Origin: an uncultured Phycisphaerales bacterium
Lineage (GTDB): Bacteria > Planctomycetota > Phycisphaerae > Tepidisphaerales > Tepidisphaeraceae
DNA: 64,000 nucleotides
Assembly (NCBI GenBank): GCA_963755915.1
Contig: CAVWLP010000003.1
Location: forward strand, 736,001 to 800,000
Direction: 5' to 3'
Made by a program: the position numbers and the translations under genes
Notes under the pieces: model-generated
Databases searched by the model: none
What the model was told of the DNA's origin: nothing
What the model saw: only the letters and a program-made list of their open reading frames with translations
Part shown: positions 32,212-42,680 of the stretch, piece after piece
How the letters are laid out: every line of letters begins with the position of its first letter
How positions within the stretch are numbered: position 1 is the first letter of the stretch

Positions 32212-32280
32212 GCAAATTCGAAACTTGAATCCCGGCGCGCGGGACAAATTCGAAATTCGAATGTTCGAAAGATTTGATTT
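32212..32280. repeat. Degenerate AAATTCG heptamer repeat
   Basis: caaattcgaaac...caaattcgaaattcgaatgttcgaaa. Confidence 0.55.
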
Positions 32281-32297
32281 GCCGTGAGAGATGGGGT

Positions 32298-33131
32298 TCA
32301 GCTTGGAATGAGCAGGCGCCACAAAGGGCGTCTTAGGCGCAGCGCGATCAAGCATACACCGGCAAACGCCGGCCCAAGCGCCGCTGGTTCGGGGACGACG
32401 GCCGTGATTTGAAAACTTGTCGAGCTGCCGTCGCCGAGGCTGAATGGCGCTGTCGACGATTCGGTCGAGGTCAACGTATAGGTTTGTCCGGGCTGAAGAG
32501 TGATCTGGCCGAAAACAGACTCAAGCTCCGCGCCCGGCGCCGGAGGGGCGGCCGGCAGGGTCTCGGAAAGTGAATCTGGTTCTCCATTCTCGGTCAGTTC
32601 GGTGGTCACGCTTAACATCGGGGGACCGTAGAAATCGTTGTTGATTGCCTCCAGTTGCCCGGAGATCGTCAGGACCTGTGCGACCGAATCGGTGAAGCTG
32701 ATGGAAACAGTGGCAGTGCCCGCGTCGGTGTTGGTGTCCGGGCCATACGGCAGCGACTGGCCGGCAGTGCCGCCCTGTTCAAAGATCGTGTCGGCCGAGG
32801 TCGTGTACATATCCGTGGAGGTTTCAGTCAATTGATCGGTCTCATAAGAGCCCAGGGAAGTGAGGTTGATGGAGGCCAGCGAGGATTCGTCAGCGCCGCT
32901 GTTGCCCGCGGTATTGGTGTCTCCATAACCGTCGGTGACGCTGGCGGACTCGCTGCCGGAGACGGTTAAAATCGTCAGATCGCCCTTGGCGCGCGGGCAG
33001 CAGCAGAGGGCGAACATTGCCGCGGCCAGGGTGCAACGCGCAGGCTGGAAAACTGAAATCCGTGTCGAGAAACCATTTTGTTTTTTGGAAGCGGCGGGGG
33101 AGAACTGAGCCGTGGGAAATCGCATGGCCAC
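32298..33131 (-). CDS. PEP-CTERM surface protein (Ser/Thr-rich)
   Basis: VPEP plus hydrophobic helix plus RLRR at the C-terminus. Start codon uncertain. Confidence 0.75.
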   Translation of the reverse strand: MAMRFPTAQFSPAASKKQNGFSTRISVFQPARCTLAAAMFALCCCPRAKGDLTILTVSGSESASVTDGYGDTNTAGNSGADESSLASINLTSLGSYETDQLTETSTDMYTTSADTIFEQGGTAGQSLPYGPDTNTDAGTATVSISFTDSVAQVLTISGQLEAINNDFYGPPMLSVTTELTENGEPDSLSETLPAAPPAPGAELESVFGQITLQPGQTYTLTSTESSTAPFSLGDGSSTSFQITAVVPEPAALGPAFAGVCLIALRLRRPLWRLLIPS

Positions 33132-33321
33132 CTCCGATTGACACCCTGGCCGAGCTTGGACTATGGCACCATCGATGACGCGATGTTGCTGGATGGAGTC
33201 CGCAGGATTTTGCGAGGATTCTTTTGGCGTGCCGCTGCTTCAGTGGCGAAGAGGGTCAAGGCAGGGAATGGAAGCGGGGTGTCTGCTCGCCGAATTGCTT
33301 ACGTTTCGGCTCGCTACCCTG

Positions 33322-33822
33322 TCATTTGGCCGCGGAAACCAGCGCGATGAGTTCTTCAAACATCGCGTGAGTGCGCTCCCTGATGGTCTTCATTGATGGC
33401 CCGGAACCACCTGCACAGACGAAGAATTTACTGGACGGGGAGTCGACTTGACCTTCGACCTCGATAAACGAAGGCGTGTAGTATTTAATTGGGCTTTTGG
33501 GGATTTCTGCCCACCGAACTGCCTTTATTTGAGCTGCTGTCAACGAGAATCGCAAATCGTCACGAACGCCTCGGTAGGTGGATCGCGTTGTATTTTTTGC
33601 AACACCATGAAACGCAAGTCCCGAGTTCGATATCTCCAATATACCGGAGCTGAAGTGAACGATCGGGTACCATCTACCTCCAATTCGCATCGAAGGAAAC
33701 GAAACTGGCACGCGGTAGCCAAGAAATATTTTGCGAAACAAAGACGTACTGTGAACAATGTCGTGAAACTTCGCGAGATGTTCCGCTGAGCTAATCCATG
33801 CTGGATCAACGAGCATTTGCAA
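33322..33822 (-). CDS. Hypothetical protein with lower GC than the host genes
   Basis: 166-aa ORF with visibly AT-richer codons. Confidence 0.55.
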   Translation of the reverse strand: MQMLVDPAWISSAEHLAKFHDIVHSTSLFRKIFLGYRVPVSFPSMRIGGRWYPIVHFSSGILEISNSGLAFHGVAKNTTRSTYRGVRDDLRFSLTAAQIKAVRWAEIPKSPIKYYTPSFIEVEGQVDSPSSKFFVCAGGSGPSMKTIRERTHAMFEELIALVSAAK

Positions 33823-33886
33823 ACAAATATAACCCTGGCACAGAAATTTAAAAGCGATCCATCTCTATTGAGCGAGCGGGGCGCCG

Positions 33887-34186
33887 CTAGAACTGCTCAC
33901 GGGGGAATGGAACCGGGGCGTGCGCATTCCCGTGGCGCTCACTTCCCGGTTTGTTCCTCTGACCTAACAAAACGCTCGCCACCGGCGCGCGAGCAAAGCG
34001 ACTCCCCCCAATCCGAACAGCGTCGTCGATAAAGGCTCCGGAACCAGCGACACGGACGGATCGGCAATAAACGTCGGCAAACGTCGCATAAGTTTGAATC
34101 GTTCCAGGCGATGTCACGATGCCGATGGCGCCGTTGGTTCCGTCGCTCTCGGAGACATAAAGCGTTCCGTGGCTGTCGAAGGCCAC
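33887..34186 (-). pseudogene. Fragment of an NHL/beta-propeller repeat protein
   Basis: MAFDSHGTLYVSES..IGIVTSPG..TYAT is one propeller-like blade, after which the sequence degenerates. Confidence 0.45.
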
Positions 34187-34247
34187 GCCGTAAAGATCGA
34201 CGGTCGCGCCCCCAAATCCCCCGGGTTGTCTAGCTTTTTGCGGAGCG

Positions 34248-36721
34248 TCAAGTTTTGTGTTTACGCGTCTGCCGGCGAATCATTAGTCCGCCGGCGCACG
34301 CGAGCGCGGCCAGAGACGTTGGTTCGGGGACATCGGCCATCAAACCGTTCACCGCCGCAAACGCGTCGAGCGCGGCAAAGTCGGCGGGAGTGACATCAAC
34401 CGCCGCGCCGTTGTCCCCCTGGCCGAAGTTGGCGGCCAAAGCGCTGAAGTCGGAGCCGTTGACGGAAGAACCGTATAGGAAATTTCCCTGGTCCCAGTTG
34501 GTGGCGCCGGTGCCGAAGTTGGCGGCGAGGATGCTGAAGTCACTTCCGTTGACGACGCCATCGAGATTGGCGTCGCCGAGGAGCGTAAATTTTAACTCGA
34601 TCTGTCCGGAGCTGAGGCCGGCAACGACGCCATCAGCGCCGTCGGCGAAGCCAACGGCATAGGAGACGCCATTAATGGGGGCGTAGGCGGTGCTGGAGAT
34701 GATTCCCGGGCCGCCGGATGCGCCCGATCTCACGTAGGACGCGATGGTGGCGATCGGGTCGCTCGATCCGTAGTCGATAATGACGTGGTTGTTGGTGATA
34801 TCGAGGGTGCCGTTACCGGAGATGGCGAGGGAGGAGAAGGAGACGTTGCTGATGACGCCGCTGCCGAGGCTTGTATTGGGGGCGATGGCAAGTGTGCCGC
34901 CGGTGATGGCGACGTTGGCCGCGCCGAGTGCGCCGGGGGTATTGACCAGCAGGGTGCCGGCAGTGACGGTCGTGGAGCCGGTGTAGGTGTTGGCGTCGGA
35001 GAGTGTCCAGGTGCCGGTACCGGCTTTTAAGAGAGAGATGGTGGCGGTGCCGTTGGTGATTTGGCCGGTGACGTCTCCATTGCCTGCGCCCTGGAGCGTG
35101 ACGGTTCGCGCCCGGTTGAGCCGTTGCCCGTGATGGCGACTCCACCGCCGGCCGCGCCGGAGAGGATGAGCGTGCCGCTATCGGATTGAACAATGTAATC
35201 GCCACCGCCGACGTTGAGGCCAATGGTTCCCGAAAGTGTGTTGTTGTCGGCGATGTTGTCGATGGCCGCCATGGTTTCGTTTCGGCCGCTGAGCGAGATG
35301 GGGTTGGAGAGGGTGGCATCGCCGATGAGCTGGAGCTGCCCGGTGGTGCTGTTGCCTGCGGGGTTGAAGACGATGGATCCGGTGCCGAGCGCGCCGGAGG
35401 TGGTTGCTTCGAGGATTGCGGGGCCTTGGGTGCCGTTGTTGATGAGGGTGTTGCCGGTAAAGGTATTGTTTCCGCTTCCGACGACGACGGTGCCGGCGCC
35501 GTTGACGATGAATTCACCGGAGCCGGTGATGGGGCCGTCGATGTTGAGGTCCTCTCCGCCGGTCATGTTGTTGGCGAAGGTGACGTTGCTCCAGAGCTCG
35601 ATGCCGGCGGCAATGGTTTGCGAGACGGTACTGGCCGCGGTGGCCTGGACGACGACGCCGGAGGAGCTTGTGGTGGCGAGCTGGAGCTGGCTGGAGGCGG
35701 AGCCGAGTGTGTAGGCGGTTGTTCCGCTGGCAGAGCCGTCGAAGGTGATTCCGCCGAAGAGTTGCCAGGCGCCGGTGGAGATGGCGGCGGTGGCCGCAGT
35801 GCCGACCCGGCCGAAGTAGGCGACTTCGTTGCTGTACATGGGGACGCCTTCGGACCAATTACTCGCGGTGTTGAAGGAGCCGCTGCCATTGACGGTCCAG
35901 TCGGAGGGGGCGTCGTTGTTGGGATTGGTCTGCCAGACGCGGACCCAGTCGACGTTCATCTGATCCGTGAACCCGATCGGCCACTGCGTGGTGCTGGGAG
36001 TTCCCGGCCACCCACCGACGGCGTAGTCGAGGATCATGTACATCGACGCCATCTGCGAGACGGCGGAGCCGGTGTAGGAGCTGACTTCGGTGCCGTCGAG
36101 GTAGAAGGCGACGGACGTGTTGGAGATCCACTGCATTCCGAAGGTGTGCCAGGTGCCGGCGAGGTCCGACCCGGTGGTGATGGCGCCGGCGCCGGCGGCG
36201 TCAGCCCCGCTGGAATTTACGTAGTGGTAGTTGGTGTTGTACTGGTTGTCCTGCAGGCCGTCGGTTCCGCCATCGGTGGTGTAGGGATATTCCATGATGT
36301 CGGCTTCGGGAGGCCAGCCGGTGTAGAGGCCCCAGAAGGCGGGCCAGGAGCCTGGGGTGCTGGGGAGCTGGATGCGCGCCTCAATGTAGCCGCTGGACAT
36401 GTTGTAGAGGCCGTAGGTTGAGAGGGCGCCGGAATTCCAGGTGTTGGCCCCCGTGCGGGTGGCGGAAAGCGTCAGATAGCCATTGTTCACCGTTACATCA
36501 CTCGGCGTGGCCGTGGAATCGCTCGCGGGCATCGTCCACCCGTCATTGCTCGTCGGGCTCGTAACCAGCCATTTGGCGGTGTCGAGGGAGGGTTCGTCGA
36601 ATTCATCCGCGAAGACGAGGCGGTAGCTGGAATTGGGCGGGCTGGCGAGGGCGCTGCGCACGATGCCTGCTGACACAGATGCCGCTGCCATTACCGCTAG
36701 CGGCGAGAGCCGACGATTCAT
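34248..36721 (-). CDS. GH16 glycoside hydrolase + autotransporter-type beta-strand repeats + dockerin-like + PEP-CTERM (frameshift near 35105)
   Basis: WPAFW and EADIME (GH16 catalytic ExDxxE); KAGTGTWTL..ANTYTG.T; GDANLDGVVN.SD; VPEP...RR. Confidence 0.85.
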
Positions 36722-36914
36722 GGGATGGATACCTCCGCTACCGGTGCGTGCCTTGAGAGGTAAAGCTACTAAAGGACGTGGGGGTGATGCAAGTAAATTT
36801 CATGCGGGGTCTGTAAATTTGATGTAAATAAGATGTAACAAGATTGAACCCCCTGCTGATCGCTCCTATTGCCTTAGCAACGAGGGGACCGATAATGAAA
36901 CTACAGAGGTACGG

Positions 36915-37226
36915 ATGCCTGTTCTTCACGCCCCAATTCCGGCCAAGATGGCCCCAAGCGCCGGGGAACTCGATCGCATTCTGCAGTTGGAAGTGCCGCT
37001 CATCGTGCGGCTTGCCGAGAGGAAGATGAATTGCAGCGAAGTAATGCGCCTGGGGACGGGGGCCATCATTGAGTTTTCCAAGAGCAGCGAGCAGCCGCTG
37101 GAATTGCTTGTGAATAATAAGGTAATCGCGCTGGGGGAAGCGGTGAAAGTGGGGGAGAATTTTGGGCTGCGGATCAAGCAGGTGGGGGATGCCCGGCAGG
37201 TCGTGCAGGCACTGGGCGGGGAATGA
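36915..37226 (+). CDS. FliM/FliN (SpoA) family C-terminal domain protein
   Basis: LVNNKVIALGEAVKVGENFGLRI. No other flagellar genes in the window. Confidence 0.85.
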   Translation: MPVLHAPIPAKMAPSAGELDRILQLEVPLIVRLAERKMNCSEVMRLGTGAIIEFSKSSEQPLELLVNNKVIALGEAVKVGENFGLRIKQVGDARQVVQALGGE

Positions 37227-39625
37227 ACGGCCGGCGGGCGATTTCGAGGGGGCAACTTCGTAATGAGATTGACGGCGCGACCAAACGAAATGTACATTGC
37301 CCGCTACAAATCAGATCGATTGGGTTGGCGGAGAAATGCACCGATCCTGCAAAAAATCCCGTCGATATCCGCGCCGCAAATTCGGGGCGGAGATTTCGCG
37401 CTGTTGTCGCCGCGCTGATCCTTGTTGACGGTCGCCTGGCGCACCGGGCTTCGGCGGCTTCGGCCACATGGGACGGCAATGCACCCATCGGCGCCACCGG
37501 CGATGGCGTCAGTTGGACCAACCCCGACAACTGGACCACCAACGGCGTCGTTGATACCGCGCCTGCGGCCACCGTGCCCGGCGACGACCTGCTTTTCGGC
37601 AACGGTACCGTCGGAACCATCAACCTCCAGGGAAACGAGATCGCCAATTCGCTGACGTTCAACGCCGGCTTTACGCTCGATGCGCCAAATTCGACCAATA
37701 CGCTCAGCATCACAACCGGGACCGTAAGTGTCGGCAGCTTGACCTCGGCAACCATTAACTCTCAGCTTGCCGGTAGCGGCGGGTTAACAAAAACGGGAAG
37801 CGGAACGCTGACGATAACATCCAGTGGATTGCACTATCATGGCGGGACGACCATCGCGGCCGGGACGTTGGTCCTTGGCGCCTTGCAGGGTTTTGTGCCG
37901 GCGCCGGTGACGGTGGATTCCGCGGCGACACTTGCCCTGGTTAACGAGGGTTACCTCGCCGTCGAGGGGACCGTAACGAACAATGGCGACATCACGCCCG
38001 CCACCGGCCAAGCCGTTATTTCCGCCGACACTTTTAACCAGGATTCCGGCACGGTGGCGCTGAATGTTTCGGCCGGGACCTTTAACGACAACGGAGGCAT
38101 GCTGACTGCAACGGTCACGCTGGACCTGCTGCAGCCGACGCTGAGCCTGGGGACCGGAGCCACGAATTCGGGCGTCTTTGTCTTTCCAATCAGCGGAGCG
38201 ATCACCAGTTCCGCCTCTACGCCCTCGATCCAATCAGCGCAGACCGTGGATGTTCAAGCCGGTGTTGAATTGAGCTCGACGACGAATCTGACGAACGCCG
38301 GAGCACTTAATCTCGCAGGCGGCTCAGGGTCAAATTCCGCGACCGTTTCCGTCGGGACGAATACGCTTACCAACACCGGCGCAATAACGGCGTCGATTTC
38401 CGCACTCGTTTCCGGAAATCTCGCGAACACCAGCGGTTCGTTCAATGTGGATTCCGCAGTCACCGTGTACGGAAGTCTGACCAACAGCGGTTCGATCACC
38501 GTTGAAGGGGGAAAAGAGTTAACCGACGGCGGCTCAGCTTTCACTGAAAATGCGGGAACGGTGGAGGTAACGCCGGGCGGACAATTGAATCTCACAAATG
38601 TTCCGCTGGTTATGACAGGAGGGAACATACAGCTTGACGCGGGGACCGGGGCCTCGGGGACAATGTGGCTTTCCGGCCTCACCTATAGCGGCACGTCTGC
38701 CATCGCGACGATTTCCAACGGCCCAATGACCCCAGGGCAATCCAGCGGCATCATTATGCTCACCGCGAGCAATACGACATTCGACATCGGGGCGGGAACG
38801 GCCCCTGTGCAGGTAATTATTTCCGCGCAGCTCGATGGCCTGAACATCACCAAGAGCGGCGCGGGCACTCTTGAACTCAACGGCAACAACGCCTTCGACG
38901 CGACCACTGTCTCGCAGGGCAAATTGATTTTGGCCTCCACGAGGGCGATCACCAATGAGCCCCTCGACATTGATTCCAATGCCGTCGCACAGATTGCAGG
39001 AGGGATCGGCGGAATTAACCTAAGTTCCCTTTCGATATCGGGCGGCCAGTTCGATATCGTCAACAATCATTTCACCCTCTACTACGGCAGTTCGGATCCG
39101 ATCACCACGATAGCGGCTTTTATTCGGTCCGGCTTCAACAATGGGTCGTGGAACGGCCCCGGCATCATCTCTTCGGCGGCCGAAACACCGACCAGCGGAC
39201 TGCATTACGGGGTCGGCTTTGCCGACGGCGCGGATAAAGTCGTCGCGGGACTTTCTTCCGGTCAGATCGAGGTGAAATACACGCTTCTTGGCGATGCCAA
39301 TCTCGACGGAATGGTCAACGGCACGGACTTCAGCATCCTGGCCGCAAATTTCGGGCTGGGAACGACGAACTGGGACCAGGGGAATTTTCTTTATGGTCCA
39401 TCAGTGAATGGCGCGGATTTCAGCGCGCTGGCGGCAAACTTCGGGCAGGGGGATAGCGGGGCGGATGCTTCGGTGAGTCCGGCCGATCAGGCGGCGCTTG
39501 ATGCGTTTTCCGCGGCGAATGGCTTGACGGCGGATGTGCCCGAGCCGGGGGTGGCCATGCTGGCGTTGGCGGGGGCGGGAATCTATTTGCGCCGCCGTCC
39601 GGCCCGCAACTTCTCACGGAAATAG
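37223..39625 (+). CDS. Autotransporter-type beta-strand repeat + dockerin-like + PEP-CTERM protein
   Basis: GGLTKTGSGTLT, TKSGAGTLEL, GDANLDGMVN.TD and VPEP..RRR. Start codon uncertain. Confidence 0.85.
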   Translation: MNGRRAISRGQLRNEIDGATKRNVHCPLQIRSIGLAEKCTDPAKNPVDIRAANSGRRFRAVVAALILVDGRLAHRASAASATWDGNAPIGATGDGVSWTNPDNWTTNGVVDTAPAATVPGDDLLFGNGTVGTINLQGNEIANSLTFNAGFTLDAPNSTNTLSITTGTVSVGSLTSATINSQLAGSGGLTKTGSGTLTITSSGLHYHGGTTIAAGTLVLGALQGFVPAPVTVDSAATLALVNEGYLAVEGTVTNNGDITPATGQAVISADTFNQDSGTVALNVSAGTFNDNGGMLTATVTLDLLQPTLSLGTGATNSGVFVFPISGAITSSASTPSIQSAQTVDVQAGVELSSTTNLTNAGALNLAGGSGSNSATVSVGTNTLTNTGAITASISALVSGNLANTSGSFNVDSAVTVYGSLTNSGSITVEGGKELTDGGSAFTENAGTVEVTPGGQLNLTNVPLVMTGGNIQLDAGTGASGTMWLSGLTYSGTSAIATISNGPMTPGQSSGIIMLTASNTTFDIGAGTAPVQVIISAQLDGLNITKSGAGTLELNGNNAFDATTVSQGKLILASTRAITNEPLDIDSNAVAQIAGGIGGINLSSLSISGGQFDIVNNHFTLYYGSSDPITTIAAFIRSGFNNGSWNGPGIISSAAETPTSGLHYGVGFADGADKVVAGLSSGQIEVKYTLLGDANLDGMVNGTDFSILAANFGLGTTNWDQGNFLYGPSVNGADFSALAANFGQGDSGADASVSPADQAALDAFSAANGLTADVPEPGVAMLALAGAGIYLRRRPARNFSRK

Positions 39626-40890
39626 TCCCTTGAGCTTGCACGCCTCCGCCACCCGGCCGATGGCGATGCTGTAGGCGGCGGTGCGGTAGTCGCAATCGGC
39701 CTGGTCGGCTTTTGCGTTCACGGCGGCGAAGGCCCGCTCCATGACCTTCTCCAGCTCCGTGTTGACTTCTTCGAGACTCCAGAAAAAGTTCTGGAGGCCC
39801 TGCACCCATTCGAAATAGCTGACGGTGACGCCACCGGCGTTGGCCAGGATGTCGGGGAGAACGGTGACGCCGTTCTCTCGCAGGATTTCGTCAGCTTCGG
39901 GCGTGGTGGGGCCGTTGGCGGCTTCAACCATGACGCGGGCCTTGATGTGCGGGGCGAATTCTTCCGTGACGGTGCTTTCCATGGCGGCAGGGATGAGGAC
40001 GTCGCAATCGCAGGTGAGCAGCTCGTCGTTGCTGATCGGATCGCCGTGCGGAAAGTCGATGAGGTCGCCGCGCTCGCGGTAATACAGGCTGGCCGCCTCA
40101 ACGTCGATTCCGCTTTCGTCGAAGATTCCGCCCTTTTTCTCGGTGATGGCGATCACGTTCGCGCCCATTTCGTCGAGCAGCCGGGCGGCATGTGACCCCA
40201 CGTTGCCGAAGCCCTGGACGGCGATGCGAATTCCGTTGAGAGATTTTCCCTGGGTTTTGAGGAAGCGCGCAGGACGTACATCACGCCGCGGCCCGTGGCT
40301 TCTTCCCGGCCGGCGGAGCCGCCGAGGTGGACGGGTTTGCCGGTGACGATGCCGAGTTCCTGGTGACCGACCATCATGCTGTAGGTGTCGAGGAACCAGG
40401 ACATCACCTGCGAATCGGTGCCGGCGTCCGGGGCGGGGATATCGTGTACGGGGCCGATGATGGGGAGAATCTCGCTGGCGTATCTGCGGGTGAGGCGTTC
40501 CTTTTCGCCCATGGAGAGTTTTCGCGGTTCGCAGACGACACCGCCCTTGGCTCCGCCGAAGGGGAGTTCGACGAGCGCGTTCTTCCACGTTTGCAGCATG
40601 GCAAGTGCCATGACCTCGTCGCGATTAACCGATGGGTCGTAGCGGATTCCGCCCTTGAAGGGCCCGCGGGCGTTGTTGTGCTGGGCGCGGTAGCCGGTGA
40701 AGACCTGGATGCGGCCGTCGTCCATTTTTACGGGACAGGAGACGCTCAGCACGCGTTTGGGCGAGGCGAGGACTTCGCGCCAACTGGCGTCGAAACTCAT
40801 CTGCTGATAGACGCGGTCGAAATAGCGATGGGCGTTTTGCCAGAACTGTGAATGCTCGGGCTGCGCCTTGAGGAGATCGGTGTTTTCCAT
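39614..40890 (-). CDS. gdhA: Glu/Leu/Phe/Val dehydrogenase (frameshift near 40265)
   Basis: GPFKGGIRY, GGAKGG, DIPAPD, QGFGNVG, EAANGP and NAGGVTVSYFEW motifs. Confidence 0.92.
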
Positions 40891-40950
40891 GGGGCACCAT
40901 TGTAGAAGAAATGCCGAAGCGGGGAATTGGGCTTAGGGTCCGGCGCAAAC

Positions 40951-40986
40951 AAAAACCCCGTAGGCGTGGGTGAGACCTACGGGGTA
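40951..40986 (-). terminator. Intrinsic terminator about 60 nt upstream of gdhA
   Basis: Minus strand reads accccgtagg-tctcacccacg-cctacggggt-tttt. Confidence 0.8.
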
Positions 40987-41100
40987 AGGAGGGAAGAAAC
41001 ACTTCGCACGAGTGTTACGCGGTTCCGGGAAGCCCGGTTCTGTGATCAGCCTGCGAAACACTCGATTCGCTCAAAAATTTTATTTACATGCCCAGAGTTT

Positions 41101-41364
41101 TCATATTGCTGCCAGAGCCTGCTCCACTTCTTTGGTTAGATCGGACCAGCGGGCTTCGGGCCGCTTCATTACCGTTACAAAATCGCCAAGCAGCAGAAGT
41201 CCATTGATGCCGGGTATGGCGAAGAGCCGCGATGCAATTGGATGACCGGCGCCAGAGGCCGGGTTTAAAAAACTCATCGGGCGATCCGCTATCACCCTGT
41301 CGAGAACCAGTTTCACGGCGTTAGGATTCGGGGTCGGCTGTATTTCCCTCACCCTGAATGGCAA
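41101..41364 (-). CDS. Nfu/NifU N-terminal domain protein
   Basis: QPTPNPNAVK, LFAIPGI and DFVTV.K motifs. Confidence 0.85.
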   Translation of the reverse strand: MPFRVREIQPTPNPNAVKLVLDRVIADRPMSFLNPASGAGHPIASRLFAIPGINGLLLLGDFVTVMKRPEARWSDLTKEVEQALAAI

Positions 41365-41532
41365 GATCAGCCAACCTCCCGTTAGTCGCGACTATATCAA
41401 CTCAAATTTTTTTCTTCCAGTGGTAATCTGGGGTTTTTTTAAAGAATTTTCTGTCTGAGAACGGGGAATTTCATCGCATTTTTGCCATTTTGCGGATTTG
41501 GCGGCGGGCGGCGTCGCTTGGTGGGGTGATTC

Positions 41533-41560
41533 TTGACATCAGAATGCTCGTCGCTACACT
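41533..41560 (+). promoter_or_regulatory. Sigma70-like promoter for rplM-rpsI
   Basis: TTGACA-16 bp-TACACT. Confidence 0.65.
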
Positions 41561-41627
41561 TCTGCGTCCTTCCAGCCGGGCCGTATTTTCCGGTGCGGAA
41601 GGCTTTTTTGTCGAATCGGAACCACAA

Positions 41628-42059
41628 ATGAGCACCTTCATGGCAAAACCTGGTGAGATCAAAGGCGACTGGTACGTCGTTGATGCCACCGACAAGGTCC
41701 TGGGACGGCTGGCTTCCAAGATTGCGATGGTAGTACAAGGGAAGAACAAGCCGACATATACGCCGCACGTCGATACCGGCGACTTCGTGATCGTCCTCAA
41801 TGCGGAGAAGATCAAGGTCACGGGGAAAAAGGCGGATGTCATTGAGTACGAGACGTATTCGCGATATCCGGGCGGGCGACACCTATATTCATATAAGACC
41901 ATGAGTCAGTTGCACCCCGAAAAGCTCCTGCAACTGGCGGTTCGCCGCATGCTGCCCAAGAACAAGCTGGGGCGGACGATTCTTACCAAGGTGAAAATAT
42001 ACAAGGGGGACAAGCATCCCCATGGCGCCCAGCAGCCCAAGCCGCTGACTTTGCCGTAA
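41628..42059 (+). CDS. rplM: 50S ribosomal protein L13
   Basis: WYVVDA..LGRLAS, KPTYTPHVDTGD and MLPKNKLGR motifs. Confidence 0.97.
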   Translation: MSTFMAKPGEIKGDWYVVDATDKVLGRLASKIAMVVQGKNKPTYTPHVDTGDFVIVLNAEKIKVTGKKADVIEYETYSRYPGGRHLYSYKTMSQLHPEKLLQLAVRRMLPKNKLGRTILTKVKIYKGDKHPHGAQQPKPLTLP

Positions 42060-42074
42060 CGAAAGCGAAGCACC

Positions 42075-42621
42075 ATGTCGCAGGATATAACTGAGATTCC
42101 CGAAGTGACTGAACCGACCCCAACACCCGAAAAACCGTCGCCCGAAAAACCCGCCCCTGAAAAGCCGGCGGCAGAGAAGCCGGTCGCGGAAAAGGCCGCG
42201 CCCAAGCCCGCGGAGCCTGCCGCACCGGCTCCCAAGCCGGTCTACACCTGGGGCGTCGGAAGGCGCAAGACGGCGGTCGCTCGCGTACGCATCGCGCCGG
42301 GGAGCGGAAAAATCGAAATCAACGGCCGCACGCTCAACGACTATTTCACGGCTGAAAAAGATCGCAAATCGATCTTCGGCCCGTTGGAAGTCACCAACAC
42401 CGGCGGGAAGATGGATATCTGGGCCCGCTGCAATGGCGGGGGGCATACAGGACAGGCCGGGGCGATTGTCATGGGCCTGGGGCGGGCGCTTGCAAAATAT
42501 GATTCGTCGCTGGAGGGGGCGCTGCGGGGTTCGAGATTTTTGACACGCGACAGCCGGATGAAGGAACGGAAAAAGTACGGCCAGCGCGGCGCGGCGGCGG
42601 TTCCAGTTCTCCAAACGATAA
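42075..42621 (+). CDS. rpsI: 30S ribosomal protein S9 with N-terminal repeat extension (frameshift near 42590)
   Basis: GRRKTAVARV, GGG.TGQAGA and ERKKYG; FQFSKR-stop in the shifted frame. Confidence 0.95.
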
Positions 42622-42638
42622 ACGTCAATTTGCAAACG

Positions 42639-42672
42639 AAAGCCACAGGATTGCCATCCTGTGGCTTTTTTG
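42639..42672. terminator. Bidirectional intrinsic terminator
   Basis: aaagccacaggat-tgcc-atcctgtggcttttt. Confidence 0.85.
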
Positions 42673-42680
42673 TTGGAGTC

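Noticed and set aside
33962-34030. ACCTAAC as the start of an integron attC site
   Set aside because: No matching GTTRRRY closing box or paired L boxes found, and no integrase in the window.
42630-42672. GCAAA...AAAGCCACAGG as a c-di-GMP-I riboswitch
   Set aside because: The P2 stem is missing, and it lies after rpsI as an ordinary terminator.
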